NCBI RefSeq assembly: GCF_004010195.1
Contig: NC_057710.1
Location: forward strand, 95,905,041-95,969,040
DNA: 64,000 nucleotides
Source of the DNA: Chiloscyllium plagiosum
Taxonomy: Eukaryota
Direction of reading: 5' to 3'
The position numbers were made by a program, and so were the translations under genes. Shown one piece after another: positions 1-13,499 of this stretch. Within the stretch, counting starts at the first letter, position 1, and each line of letters begins with the position of its first letter. The notes beneath the pieces are model-generated. The model was not told the origin of the DNA. It made no database searches and worked only from the letters and a program-made list of their open reading frames with translations.

Positions 1-195
1 CCCTCACCTTGACCTCCTTCCACCTATCGCATTTCCAAAGCCCCTCCCCTAAGTCCCTCCTCCCTACCTTTTATCTTAGTCTGCTGGACACACTTTCCTC
101 ATTCCTGAAGAAGGGCTCATGCCCGAAACGACGATTCTCCTGCTCCTTGGATGCTGCCTGACCTGCTGCGCTTTTCCAGCAACACATTTTCAGCT
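1..195 (+). mobile_element. Penelope-like element terminal repeat fragment, family A (runs off window start)
   Basis: Same sequence recurs at 31685-31801 and 53223-53411 (gcccgaaacg.cgattctcctgctcc..ggatgctgcctg.cctgctg); contains a hammerhead motif. Confidence 0.7.
101..136 (+). ncRNA. Minimal hammerhead ribozyme motif, family A, cleavage triplet mutated
   Basis: attc-CTGAAGA(105-111)-A-GGGC-tcat-GCCC-GAAA(125-128)-CGAC-gatt. The sister copy at 31691 reads GAAACGTC, so GUC has become GAC here. Confidence 0.6.
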
Positions 196-227
196 GCTTA
201 ACAAATGCCCCTAAAATCAATCCAGTA

Positions 228-388
228 TAGAGGAACCTCGATTATCCGGAGAGTATTTCATTCGATTAATCGAATTCTGGATAATCGGATGCCAGATAAC
301 ATTGTTTAGCCAAGTATCGGGACCTTGTGATCTTGCCAGACAATCCGATATTCAGATAATTGAATGCTGGATAATCGAGGTTCCTCTG
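228..388. mobile_element. Tc1/mariner (Tigger-like) MITE
   Basis: TIRs tagaggaacctcgattatcc / ggataatcgaggttcctctg, TA on both flanks, internal sub-terminal palindromes. Confidence 0.85.
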
Positions 389-535
389 TACACATTCCAG
401 AAATTCATCCTCCACAGCATTAATGCTGACTTGGTTAACCTAATTCAAATGCACATGAAGTCACCCATTATTATTGCATACCCCACATTATATACATTTC
501 TAATTTTCTGATTTATACCATACCCAATATTGATA

Positions 536-890
536 CAGCAAACTTTGTTTTAACTGGCACCTTATGAACTAGCATTCTCAATCAAACCGGCAAAGTAAAC
601 CTAAATAACGGAAGTTGACTGTATTAGTGCAATCTCCACAATGGCCCAAGTAGTCAGTTGAGGGAGTGAGTGAGAAGACTCTTTGCCGGTAAGTTTTATT
701 TAAGGCGAAGTTGCTTTATTATTTCAGTGAATTATATTGTAAATAAAGTATAAGTGTGTATGCAAGCTGCATCATGTTTCTGTTATTTGGTGTATGTTTT
801 ATATTATGTTGGCCTTTTGATCAACCAGAATATTTGATCAACCAGCACAGGTCCTGATCCCACAGATGCCAGTTAGCAAAATGTTTGCTG
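536..890. mobile_element. Tc1/mariner (Tigger-like) MITE, older
   Basis: Imperfect TIRs cagcaaactttgttttaactggca / tgccagttagcaaaatgtttgctg flanked by TA. Confidence 0.75.
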
Positions 891-2760
891 TACCACTGGA
901 GTTTGTTTATTCCCCCCTCAGTATTTCTTGACTCCACCCTTGCTGATTTTGCATTTTGACCTTTTGATCAAAGATTCTTTCCTCTGGTGTATTACCTTAA
1001 CCCTTAGTAGGATTGTTACCCTATTTTGTTTTTTGTAGCATGAATTAAGTACAATTAGATGTTACAATATGTTTGACTATTCAGAATCCTATTTTGAGAA
1101 AATGTTTGACTGCATTCATTGCTAGGATTGTAAAGCAGTATATCCAGTATCAACATTCTTATCTGGTTATAAATATAAATCATAAAAAAACAGACATCAG
1201 CAGTCTGCTGGGCTCAGTACATTCTGCAAGGTCAGACAGGTTTTTTTAAACAGCAGATGGTGATGGCACATTTTCACCAGGCTGAGAACCAGAACACAGG
1301 AAGGGTATCAGTTTTAGTCCAGCCACACAATTCATTGATGTGGGGCAGGACAACATGTTCACTATCATCCATTCCTCTGGATGGACAAGCTGTACCTATT
1401 GAACAAGATGACTTCAATCATAGTGATATGTTCATTCACTGAAAGGTAAAGCAACGTAATGATTCACTTCAGGCTGCCCTTATCAAGTCTGCCATTGAAA
1501 AGATTGGTAAAGCATTTGGGGTATACTTGGGGAAGATGTGAATGTTCCATTTGGATCACAAGTGCATATCAATGTTGCAGTCCTGAATTGTGGCATTATG
1601 TAAATAGCCATTGGGAGGTATGAAGTCATCTCTAGAAGATGCCAGCAGTAGACTTGATATCTGGCACCAACTGACGCTACTAAACTCAAATAGTATTGAT
1701 AGATACAAAGTTGTCACATTATAACGAAGACTTGTAAAGCTGTGTATGACACTAGTTCCAGAAGGAGGGAGATTAACTTATGATAAGATTTTCAAAAAGT
1801 AATGGGGGAGAAGGTCCTGACCTAGCTGTGTATTAATGGTTAGTAGCATGTTTCAGTACAACTTTACTTGTGTTTCCTTGCAGCTTTGATCCCAAAGTTA
1901 TCTATGCATCTTGATTTCTCCATGAGGTTAGAGCAAAATTGGTGCTGAAAAATTGAGTCAGATTTACTGATCATCCCTGACTGTCAAAAGAGGATGGTGT
2001 TTTTCCTACTGCCAGCTCTAAGTCTGCTAGACTGAAATATTGCTGCCACAGACTGCAGTGCCTGACTCAAGGATGGGCATCTGCAGCAGAATTTTGGCTA
2101 AGTGCCAACGATAGCATTAAAATGCACTTGCTGCCTTGGAAAAGGATTGCGGATAAATAATGCAGCAGTTATTTATGAATTCAGTATGAGTGCCTTTTAC
2201 TTTAGAGAAAATGTCAAAAGTGATCTTTTTTTAAATGTCCATATGGTTAGTTTATAAATGTATTATTTTATGCTGTAACTTTCCAATTTCACATGTACAT
2301 AATACATTTCCGATTTGCATGAAATCTGACATTACTTTTTTAAGGTATACAAAATGCAAGGCTGTAATTGGATTGAATGGTATCATGGGTTTTGGTTGAT
2401 TTCAGTGCATTACAGTCACCAGTGACACTTTGCGAGTGGATGGCTCATTTAGTGAGTCAAGCAGTCTGTCATTATTTTATCAAGTTCATTGTTCTCACTT
2501 TTGCTTCAAAAATTGTTACATTTTCCTGTGCATTATAGCATCTGGTTTCTTCTTTAAAAAATCCATAATTGTATTTAAGCTGCATAATGTACAATATTAA
2601 GTTACTTCAAACTATAATCCGAACAGTCACAATTGATTCTGTTAGAATGAAAGATCATTAACTGATGAGAGTTTCGTCATTCAGTGGTGATATATGTACA
2701 GACACGTTCATATTAAAATTGGCAGAATTATGTAGGAATACGGAGCTATCTCTTCCAAAA

Positions 2761-3030
2761 AGGCGGCATGGTGGCTCAGTGGTTAGCACTGCTACCTCAC
2801 TACGCCAGGGACCTGGATTTGATTTCACGTTCAGGTGATTGTCCATATGGACTTTGCATATTCTCCCTGTATTTGCATGTGATTCCTTCCACAGTCGGAT
2901 GATGTGCAGGCTAGGTGGACTAGCCATGGAAAATGCAGTGGTGGGTGCACGTGGGATGCTCTTCAGAGGTCAGGATGGACTCAGTGGGCTGAAAGGCCTG
3001 CTTCCAAACTGTTGAGAGTCAATGATTGTA
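2761..3030 (+). mobile_element. tRNA-derived SINE (shark HE1/V-SINE-like)
   Basis: A-box head ggtggctcagtggttagcactgct..ctcac, V-SINE-like core, CR1-like tail. Homologous to 39835-40140, 51553-51853 and 54689-55018. Confidence 0.8.
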
Positions 3031-5796
3031 AAAGAGTCTTCTGAACAGTGATGTCAGTGAAGTACGATGTTATGGAAAGTTAAACTCCTGTCTGTCACTA
3101 CACGCCAAAGGAAAGCATTTGGCCAAGAGAAATGGATTCCAGTTTACTAACTGTCAGTAATGGTGTGCAGGAATATGGAGAAATGGCAAGAAATTGGCAC
3201 TAAGTAACAGACCTGGTGCAAGCACTATGGGGCGAATGGCTCCTTTCCGTGCCTGTATTATTCTGTATTAAAATATGGTCACAAACAAAACAAATCTTAA
3301 ATGTCCACTATTGATTAATTTTTGTTATTTTTAAAAAATCTGTACCAAATATTTTTGTACATGCTCCTTCTCACATTCATTGCAAAAGATGGAGAGAGAA
3401 GAACAGGCATTGTTTATATACTAGCAATAATCTCCCTTTCTGATCCTTTTGTATATGCTTGCTATTATGAAAATGAAGAATGGCGCCAAACCAATAATTG
3501 ACTTTACATCTTCTTTTAGTATTCCCAAAAGAATTGTGTAAAAATATAACTAAATCCAGCCTATGGAATCTGATTTGCAAAGGGGGAGAGTTCAGAGGTG
3601 GATGGACCAGACATTTCTTGTTGGTGATCAGCAGGGTATGGAAAAGCTGGGTTGGAGCAGGTGACTCCCTGTAGCTGGTGAAGTAGGGTTTGTCCTCTAT
3701 GTGGCAGCTGTGGTCACTGTCACATTGTGACAATTGCAAATCCTGAAATGCTGAGAGGAGAAAGCACTCATTCAGAAATCCTCTTTGAAACAAGTTTCTG
3801 TTCGTCAACTCTATACAAGTGTCAATCAGACAGAGCCATTTGTTGCATCAATAACACAGGTTCCGCCTCCATTCGGATCTCTTAATCTTACCTGAGTAAG
3901 CATATATATAATGGACAAAAAGTGATAGAATAATTTGCAAATTATTTCAAAATGTGTAAACAATCAAATTAATTTCTTAAAGAAAATAAATTCCGATACC
4001 TGACTGAAGATCTGAATTTCATCTTGACTCGGCTGAATGTAGATTTCTATTAATCTCAGCAAAGTGGGATCTCTGCCCATTAAATAGTAAAACGGCAGCT
4101 ATTTTCCTAAAAGTACAGAATCTTTATTGTAGATGTCAGCTACCAGCTGAATTAGTGACTGATAATTCATTTGCTGAAAAAGCATAGAGAAAGTTGGCTT
4201 AGTCTGGAATTCAAGACCTTAAGAGTATATTTTATCAAATATTTAGCCATTGTCAAGATGATCCTACCTTGAAGATAAACTAACTAACTTAAGGTCTTAT
4301 GTAGTAGCATATATCTCTTCTCTCTGTGTTCAAAATTTATATTAACTTTGTATTATTGAAACATGTATTTTAATGTTCCTCTTAAATAAAGTTGTCACTG
4401 TCTTTTTTGCAAGGTCAAGTTGTTTGTATTTGATAACGTCTCCTCTAATTTTTCATTTATGGGAAGCCTGGACAAGTTGGACTGAAGAGTCTGCTTCCAT
4501 GCTGTATGACTCTGACTCTAAAACTCAAACTTGGACCAAGTGTACTTGTGCAATGGAATTGGAGAGTATACTCAATCACTGCTTCTATTACAAAGTAACT
4601 TGAGAATGAGGCAAGGAAAACTGCTGTTCACTAAGTGACTATATACCTTAAACATCAACTGTACTCCTGGACTACACTGGCAGCCACTTCAAGCAAAAAT
4701 GTATCCCTACTTTTCAGAAAAATGGGCTAAATGAAAACAGGCTGCCTATTTGTAAATGTAGTATGTTACAAATTGGCCTTGTGAGTTCTATTCAGTGAAA
4801 CATCGAGCCCTATTTGTAGCTTTCACTTTATTCTATGAATTTTTTGTAATGGAAGTTTGTTTTGCTAAGAGCTCCATAATTGAAAGATCAGGAGTTGTGA
4901 TGTTAAGCTTGTGATTATGAACTGATATAATATGGGAATGCTGATCCCCGAAATGGCCAAACTTGACAATATTGAATAAAGCTGTAAATTAAATTTTGTA
5001 GTTTGTGGACAGACATATCACCATCTCCTTGTTAAATATTGAGTGAGAAATTGCTGTTAAAGGAACAACCAGACTACTGGACTAGCTGTTAATTGAGTGT
5101 AACTGATACAGCAACTCGAAGTGAGGAGAAGATGCAAACTTAGATGTGAATGCTGAAAGGGATCTTTCCAAGTTGGCCTACTCCACCATTTGCAAAGATC
5201 CAACTTTGCAGAATGCCATTTGTTGTCTGCCTCAGCTTTGCATGCATTGGATGGCATGAAGCTGCTGTATTTGTAGCTGCTGTATTTATATGGTAGGTAT
5301 GAATGAAACCAGCCACAAATATTGAGGGTAGCTATGAGCACAAGAACCTTTTAACAAACTGAAAATTGCTGCCAATCAACCTCTGACGCTAAGCATTAAC
5401 TGTTACGAGCGTGGAACCCCATCCCGTCAGGTTTTGAATTTTTTGGTAAATTTTAAAATGTTTTCCCTTTTCCTTTCTCTCCTCTTTATGCAGTCTTTTC
5501 ATCCCTTGTTTTAGTTTATTTGCTTCTCTTTCAATTACTGATTTGACATGGAATTAATTTTCTTTAAGTCATCGTCTTCTCTATCCTTCCTGTATTTAGT
5601 CCCCAGTCCTTAGTTCCCACTAGTTGAGAAGATGTTCTATCGGAGGCCCCAACTGCTCTATTTCCCTTGGTGTGCTATGACAGGCCTGGAATTTCAGCTG
5701 CTGGTGATGCGAAGGAAAACTCGTAGCATTCTCAATGGCTTACTCTCCTACAACAAACTCTGGCCCACTGGCTTTGACAAATACCCACTTGATGGC

Positions 5797-6170
5797 TAAG
5801 TTAAAAATAACACAACACCAGGTTATAGTCCAACAGATTTAATTGGAAGCACACTAGCTTTCGGAGCGACGCTCCTTTTAAAAAAAAGGTTTTGTGATTT
5901 ACACATGAAAGAAGTGAAACTATCACTGTATTGTAACAGATGAAAAGCTTAACAGACAATCAATTTTTCAATATATAATTTCAGTTACATCACACTGCAA
6001 AGTTTTGCTATAAATTCTGTGTTACGATCGAGCCCTCCACTATCACCTGATGAAGGAGCGTCGCTCCAAAAGCTAGTGTGTTCCAATTAAACCTGTTGGA
6101 CTATAACCTGGTGTTGTGTGATTTTTAACTTTGTACACCCCAGTCCAACACCGGCATTTCTAAATCATGA
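5797..6170. mobile_element. Penelope-like element end, family B, inverted (fold-back) insertion
   Basis: 12-bp TSD ccacttgatggc (5785-5796, 6171-6182). 5798-5877 is the reverse complement of about 6053-6131. Homologous to 42526-42793. Confidence 0.8.
6044..6078 (+). ncRNA. Minimal type-I hammerhead ribozyme, family B, G12 mutated
   Basis: CAC-CTGATGA-A-GGAGC-gtc-GCTCC-AAAA-GCTA-GTG. Stem I CAC/GTG, perfect stem II, AGCT palindrome; GAAA has become AAAA (the inverted arm keeps GAAA). Confidence 0.75.
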
Positions 6171-6639
6171 CCACTTGATGGCAGTATTGTGCAATTGCAA
6201 CCTCTCAGCTATTTTATACCACCTGTGATGTTTGGTTTTAACGTATTTTTGAAGTAGCAATATCTGCAGTGAATCCTTTTAGTTCCATATTGATTCTTCC
6301 AGCTATTCCCTTCAGTTCCCTTTATCTTTAGCAGCAACTTCAATATTACAACAATGTATTCTCAGCTTTGGTAAGACACTAAAGTCAGAATGTAGACATA
6401 TGGGAGACTTTTTTGAAACTCAAATTTGTAACAAAAGCACTTTTTTGCTTGCATTTAAATAAGAATATGGCAGTTCCCCAGCTCTTAGTCTCTTTGCAGA
6501 CTGAATGCATTAGACACAACTAAACTTTGGAAGTCTGCAACTACCTGAGCACTTCTTCACTCTCCAATCCATTCCAGTACCAGTATGATGCTTAGTACCA
6601 ACGAATGTGGAGTCCAAAAGAAGTGGTTGTTAGAGGCCA

Positions 6640-7380
6640 ATCGCCACAGACTCAGATATTCCTTCGCACCTCGGTAACATTTCTACCATAGAAGTCAAGA
6701 AATCAACATCTTGAATAAAAGAAAACTGAGCTTTCTTCCCTGGCCTTCAACAACAATGCCATTGCTGATCTCCCTACTATCACTGTCTAATGGGTCTCTG
6801 TTGCCCAGAAACATAATTGGTCTAGCCTTTTAAATACACAGGCCACAAGAGCAGTGGAGGCACTGTGTGTTAGCAAGGGGATTATCTTGACTCTTTGAAA
6901 CTTCTTCATAATTTCCAAAATTCAAGCTGGACGTGTGAATGAATATTCACTAATCCCTCTGCATTAGCACAACCAGAATTCTTTGTAACTTAATACAATA
7001 TGGAACAATGCAATTTCCCAGATTGACGCACCTTCCAATGGATATATTTTCCAACCTTTACATCAGATTCTGCCTACAGCATGTATGATGCACAGGATTC
7101 CTTGCAGCAACTTGTCAAGCTTTATTTTACCTTCCTCTTCTGTAATCTCTATCACCAAGATTGACACAAGTAGCAATGATATGGGAACATTATCTCCAAG
7201 TACACCTCCAAGTCGAACACCGCCCCAAATGGGATATGTGTTGCTGATCCTTTGTCACTGGATCAATCCTGGAATTTTATTTAAGTGGCAAGACTGGATA
7301 AGGTCCACCACTGGCAGTGTTTCCCACAAAACAAGGACAGAAATGTTTTTTTTAATGCGTATTGGTGATTAAAACGCCAG
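6640..7380 (+). mobile_element. Highly decayed LINE 3' fragment (CR1/L2 group)
   Basis: Weak similarity to the reverse complement of 34850-35500; no intact ORF. Confidence 0.4.
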
Positions 7381-10300
7381 CCTATTGTTGCAGGTTTTTT
7401 TCCACCATTTTGACTTAACAGATCAACTGGCTCAATATAATTCATATGTAATCAAATACTAATTCTATTCTACATAACCATGTAGTGCTCTACTATAATC
7501 AAAAATATTTCACTAATCTATTCTGGACCAATATCTGTTACAATTGTTTAGAAATTCCTGCAGAGAATATGTTTTCTTTCTCCCCTATTAGTGCTCTAGT
7601 TATGTCTGAAATTGCAGGCTGAGGAAAAATGATCATATTCTGTCGCATTCCTCACATATTTAACTGTCTAAATACTCATATTATTTCACGTTCTGTGAGA
7701 CAGTGTAAATTAATTCTGTAGACCCTCAACAAACTTCAGTTACTTATACATAGTTTCTTTTATATAATTTCTTGGCACCCTAAGGTGTCAATGATCTTTT
7801 TGGGAATTGTACCTCTGACAAAACTCCCTTCGTATTCCAGTCCAAATCTGTTATGCAAGTTCTTCAAGACCTTGGTGTAACCTTGTAACAATGTCACACA
7901 GCTACACATCATTGAGCATACATAGATAGTGTTAAAGCTGGACTAAACTATAAACTAGGCTACAGTCGAGAATGGAAAAAGAGTCTTAGGAGCACATGGT
8001 CATGATGAACACGTGAAGATTACAACTCTAAGATCAGAGTTTGGTATAGCTTTGATTGCTATATATAGCAACATTTGGCATTAATATATAATCGAAGTCC
8101 AAGCCTAAAGACAGTTCTTGATTTTGGCTTCTCCTTGACCACTTCTGTCTTGAATATAAACCCATTCTGTGGCATCGTGTCACATGATAAAAGAACTTTA
8201 CAAAAATATTTTTAGAGATACACCTTTGGAGAGCCATGACAATCATCTGCTGTAATCATTCTGTGATATTTAGATACATAGCTATATTGTCATATTTAAA
8301 TGTGTTAGAAGACTAGCACAGTAGTTTTCTTTTTATGGAGGAAGGAATGAACAAGCTGCCCAAATACAGCAGAATTTGATAAAAGTCTTGTTTTCATCCT
8401 GACACAAAGAGTTCTTTTGCATTCCACTGAAGTGCATGTTTCTTAAAAGCATGTTCAATTCTTGGAGTCAACTTTGAAGAACTTTTTTTTTGTAATGTTC
8501 ATATTTTACCTTTAATAACATTGAATGGATTTATTCATGCTCCTAAATTATTGAAGATGCTATTTTAGAAAGTTACTACATCCATTAAAATTAAAAATAA
8601 TTCATTGTGAACTGCATGAGTATTTTGGAATCTTGGACCAATGCCATTGGTTCGGTATCATGAGCCAAGCTTTGGCTGGAGCAATATCTTTCCCATTTTG
8701 AAACAAATTAGTTGTGTCTTTTACAGCACTATTGTTACAGAAGTGCAACCATTTAGAATAGTTGTGACAAAGGACATGCATTCAAAGTATCTCCTTTCAC
8801 ACCTACCAATCATCTAAAATTGTATTTCCAAAAATACTTAATAGTTAGCAGACAAAGTTGAAAAAACTGGCAGATCAATAGCGAGATGTTTTGCAATAAA
8901 TAGTGAAATTTGACTTCAATAGTTAATTGTAAAAACAGAGTAATTTGCCTTGCATAAGACTTGCTCCCAAAAGAATTTCTAATTTCATTCCACCAGTAGT
9001 ATCGTTAAAATAATTTATTATTTAGCTCAGGGTTATAAATACAATTTTATCAAGAAAGGGAATAATCCTGATGCTCAAGAGTGCTGGGTGTACTTGCCAG
9101 TCACACTTGTCTCTGCATCGACTGGAACGACTAACCAGCCAAAGGGCATTCTGCCCCAACAGTTTCTTTTGAAATGGGGAATCATACATTATGTTACAGT
9201 CTGTGCGATGTGCTATTGTTTTACTTGTTGGGACTGGACAGTCAGTTTGTTAAATTGATTTCATTACCGACAGATTTCACATGGAGCTCTAAGGAATGTT
9301 CTATTCTCAAACTGGTTAAAAGCAATTTTGTCTCGCTCTAAAATGTTAAAGTTTCATTCTGTCAGTCCTCAATTACTCCTGTGCATCTCATTATTTGTCT
9401 TGTTACAACTGATGCTTTTTCTTTGATCACTGAGGCATTTAAGAATGTATTAATAGCTCTGAATGACATTTATTGACTGTGTCTTCCAATATGATGCAAA
9501 TCTGAACCAGCTTGGTAGCACGGCTGATATAAGGAAGTTTTTACCCGTGGTGTTGCGGTGATTTATCCAGAACAAGATACTTATTAAGAAATCTCACAAT
9601 TGTACTGAACAGTAATTTAAACTTTCTTAAGACACGTCAAGTTAGCAATTATAAGCTTGCGACCCAACTTAGATGTTACCTAATTAATCCAAATCAACCA
9701 ATATAGTCTCTCTCTGGGAGTTTACGGGGTTCATCCTTCTACATTGTTGTTCTAAGTTTTGTTGTGAGTTGTTCTTGTGTTGGATTCTTATGCAATTTTC
9801 TCTCTTTCAAGTTAGCAATGTGGCATTATTGATATCCTTTAGATTCTTTCATCCCCAACATTGATTACGCTTTCAGGGACTTCAAGTCAGCAGCTTGCCC
9901 TGTTATCAAAAATAGCTGCTTTATTCCTTGTTACATTCAGAGTGAGCTGTCTGTTTAAAACAGTATTTTCCTGCAATTAACCCCTTTACTTCAGAACGTT
10001 ATTTCTGAAGGCAGGTCTAAATGCCCATTTGTCATGAGGCAGCAGAATATTAAGTAAGTGTTACCCTTCACTCCCAGGAGCTTCTCCTCAGTTGCTGCAC
10101 TCTTTTTATAACAGTTTCTTTTGTATTTTTCTTCTGAACGAACAGGTTATTCTAGACAGTTATTGCTACTTCTTTCAATTCATGTTTAACAATTTATCTT
10201 TGATTTATTCAGTCCATAAACAGTTTTTAAAGTTCTGAAGTCTATAATATCAGTGTATTGTACTTGATGAAACTAATTTATTTCTTGTAAAAAGTCAAAT

Positions 10301-10395
10301 TAACCAAATTAATTGGGATGCACTAAATTTTAATTGTGTTAGTGGACATTTTCAGTTGTTGTATTGATGTATTGTATATTCATTTCCAATTGCAG

Positions 10396-10542
10396 TGTTT
10401 TGCTGTACGTTCCCTGGGTTGGGTAGAAATGGCAGAGGAAGACCTGGCACCTGGAAAAAGCAGTGTTGCTGTGAATAACTGCATCCGGCAGCTCTCCTAT
10501 TGTAAAAATGACATCAGGGACACAGTTGGAATTTGGGGAGAG
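10396..10542 (+). CDS. APBB2: APBB2 (FE65-like 1) internal coding exon, start of PTB1/PID1 domain, phase 0-0, 147 nt
   Basis: ttgcag|TGT acceptor and GAG|gtaaga donor. Translates [49 protein letters not shown], matching the vertebrate APBB2 PTB1 sequence as I recall it. Confidence 0.96.
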
Positions 10543-11105
10543 GTAAGAGATATTAAAACTAAACAATAGTTTTAGTTTCTGGTTACAGCAAATTTAAATA
10601 TTGTTATGGACAAAGAAACCTACTTCATTTCCCACCAAACTTGGATCTAATTTATACCAACAAGTTTCTATAGTGTTGAGAACGAAACGGGAAAATATTT
10701 CAAGTACCTCACTGAGCTGTTGGTGACAAAAAGGAGTGAACCAATAAAGGACATGTAAGGAGAGCTGACCAAATGCCTTGACATGGTGGGTTTTAAGGAA
10801 CCTCTGAAAAGAGAAGAGGATAATAGATATCCAGAAAAGCTTGTGGTGGAAATTCATGAGCATGGACCTGTGTGGTGTGAGTAGTAGGATAGAGTTTAGG
10901 TAGATGCACAAGAAGCTCAAGACAGAGGAAAATGTACAAGCACATGCATTATATAAAGAGTTTCCAATAACCTCTCAATTATAATTTCCATATGTCAATA
11001 AAACAAGTCTAAAGCTATTGATGTTTTATTAGTAGCATGATGAAGTTGAACAATCTGAGAAATGGCAAGCAGTCTTAAATAATTTATATTATTGTTGAAT
11101 TTCAG

Positions 11106-11233
11106 GGTAAAGACATGTACCTCATACTAGAAAATAATATGTTGAACCTAATTGACCCCATGGATCGCACTGTTCTTCATTCTCAACCAATTGTCAGCAT
11201 TCGTGTGTGGGGTGTAGGTCGAGACAATGGGCG
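11106..11233 (+). CDS. APBB2: APBB2 coding exon, PTB1, phase 0-2, 128 nt
   Basis: tttcag|GGT acceptor and GGG CG|gtaagt donor. Translates GKDMYLILENNMLNLIDPMDRTVLHSQPIVSIRVWGVGRDNG(R), in frame with the previous exon. Confidence 0.96.
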
Positions 11234-13499
11234 GTAAGTGCTCAGTTTTAGAGATTTAATGAGTTGCTGGGTTGAATTATATTTTTCTCAGTTTTAATAC
11301 GCAGCTATTGAGCTACACATCAGTGACAAAAGATTTTAAACTTAAATCATAGTGACTGTGTTGAATTCTGGTTTAGCAGTTTAGATTGGAAGAATTTTAG
11401 GCCAGTGTTAAACTCTCTTATTGTAGTCTGGTTTAGTGAGTTGATCAATTCCTATGATATCTCTTAGGATTCTTAACTTTCTGTAATGAATTGCTGTGTT
11501 CTATATTATTGTTTGGAAAATGCCTAAAAACAATTGTCATTTGGATAATGGTGCCTATAATCTTGATTATAAAAGAGAAGCTGAGAGGTTTATCCACATA
11601 CAGGAATGGGCTTGTTTTCCTGTTTACTGAGCCATTTTAGTGCATCTTTGAGCAGGATAGAATAAAGCTACGATTCTTAGTTAGGTCAAACTGAGTGGAT
11701 TTGTCACTAACAGCTTTTTATTTTAACTATATTCTTGAGACCAAATGTTGCCAACAAATGTTTTTTATACAGTACAAAATGGTTGCTTTCCCTTGACATT
11801 GGTATTTCTTGACAATTGTCCCGATAAGAGCAAGGTGAAAGGTTTCAACAATGTTTTTTATCAGTCTTTTATATATTCAATTTCTGTGCTACCAAGTGAT
11901 ATTTCTGAGAAACTGATTCAACAAGGATATTGGAATATAAGTTAAAAGCAGCTGGTGCACAACATTGCAGCTCATAGTCATCCTCATGCTGGAGGTTGCA
12001 GGGAGGTTGTTGCTGTTTATGTAACCTTGCTGAGTTTCTGCAGTGTATTCCTTTCACTGTACATATTGCTGTCATAGTGGCACAAAAGCACAACTTTGTC
12101 AAACTGTTTTCGCCTTAATTGTGCCTTGAGCATTCCTGCAGTTGCAGCCATCTGGAGAATGACAGGTATGCAGTGGAGTTGACAACACCCACCTCTACTT
12201 CACTGCCAGTCTGACATCCAGCACTGGATAAACTTCTTTGCCTCTGTGATTGTTCCTCCTCCTCTAAGGCCCTCCTTAAAATCTGCCACTTTGACTAAAA
12301 AAATTGACCGTCTACCCTAATGTTGGCCTATGTGGCTGTCCATAGTTTGCTTTTTAAAGCTCCTCTGAAACCCCTGAGATGCAAAACAATGTTGAAGGCA
12401 CCACGTAAATACACATTGAGTCTCTTGTATGCTTGTATATGGTTAATGAATTCTAATTACACAGTGTTTTCACTGGAGATCAGATTTGGATGCACATAAT
12501 GTTCTCCTGTTACTAATGAAGATCAAAATTATCATACTGAAAGCACATTATACATGGACTAGAGCTATTTGCTGAGATTAATTTTGAGTTCTGTTAACTC
12601 CCGGAGCAAATGACACATTAACACAGTGATTCAGCATATTTCCAACAGGGAATAATATATCATTTTAAAAACCGAAAGCTAAGAGTTTGATGTGTAGCAA
12701 GGCAGCTGACTGAATCAGTTGTAATTTTGTCTTGATTGAACTTGCAAATACAGTATGTAAATGATGTAAATCTTAGGGCTTGATTTCTATGTCTCTTGAG
12801 ATCAGAGGTGGGCAGGATAACACCACCAGCCCAGAACCAGCTACCAAGCTCCATCCCATTCTGGGGCTCTTTCTGAAGATGTAGGATCACTGGGCAGCAG
12901 GGCTACTCACCTGCACAAAGCACATAGCTCATCCAAGTATTAGGTGCCTATTAACAGAGGCCAGTTGGGATTTTTAGTCAGTCACCTGGTCTCCACTGGT
13001 AGCGCAAGACCAGCTTATTTGTTTGGAGAGTATAAGTGTAGGTATAATTGCACAGAATTCTGATAAGCTGACATTCACTTGTCATCTGGGGTCCAAGTAT
13101 TTAACAACCACATGATCATGTTCGATTCAATCTGTGTGTGAAAGAATATCCTTGAATGATAGTCATCGCCTGGACCTAGCTGCCTGTTCTAGTCTTATGA
13201 AAAATTTGTCTATCAGCATTTACTTTGAACGTATGCAAGGCAAGATATGATCCATTATAAATCCAAATTATTCCAATGCTGTATTGGGTTGAATATAAAA
13301 GTGACAGAGGAGAAATGAAAAAGAACACAAGGGGCAAAGAGTTGGATGGTCAGCCGTGATCATATTGAATGGTGGAACAGGCTTAGAGAGTTGAATGGCC
13401 TACTCTTACTCCAGTTTTCTGCGTTTCTATGTTTCAAATCTTTCGAGTCAAATAGCCTCCTTGTGCAATACAATTGAATAGAGAGAGAATAACAGGTGA

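Noticed and set aside
2761-2830. tRNA genes at SINE heads (also 40070-40140, 54689-54740, 63912-63975)
   Set aside because: A/B boxes run into SINE bodies and no full cloverleaf is evident.
3377-3808. 143-aa minus-strand ORF (and similar ORFs at 48154-48579 and 62933-63367)
   Set aside because: No recognisable domain, antisense to APBB2, and of a length expected by chance or from decayed repeats.
1-10395. The APBB2 exon preceding CFAVRS (expected to end near ..SDPEAK)
   Set aside because: No matching reading frame with splice sites was found; it is probably upstream of the window. The acceptor-like site at 1883 gives no APBB2-like peptide.
10336-10569. 77-aa ORF as a standalone small protein
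   Set aside because: It is the APBB2 exon plus in-frame intronic flanks; splice sites delimit the real coding part.
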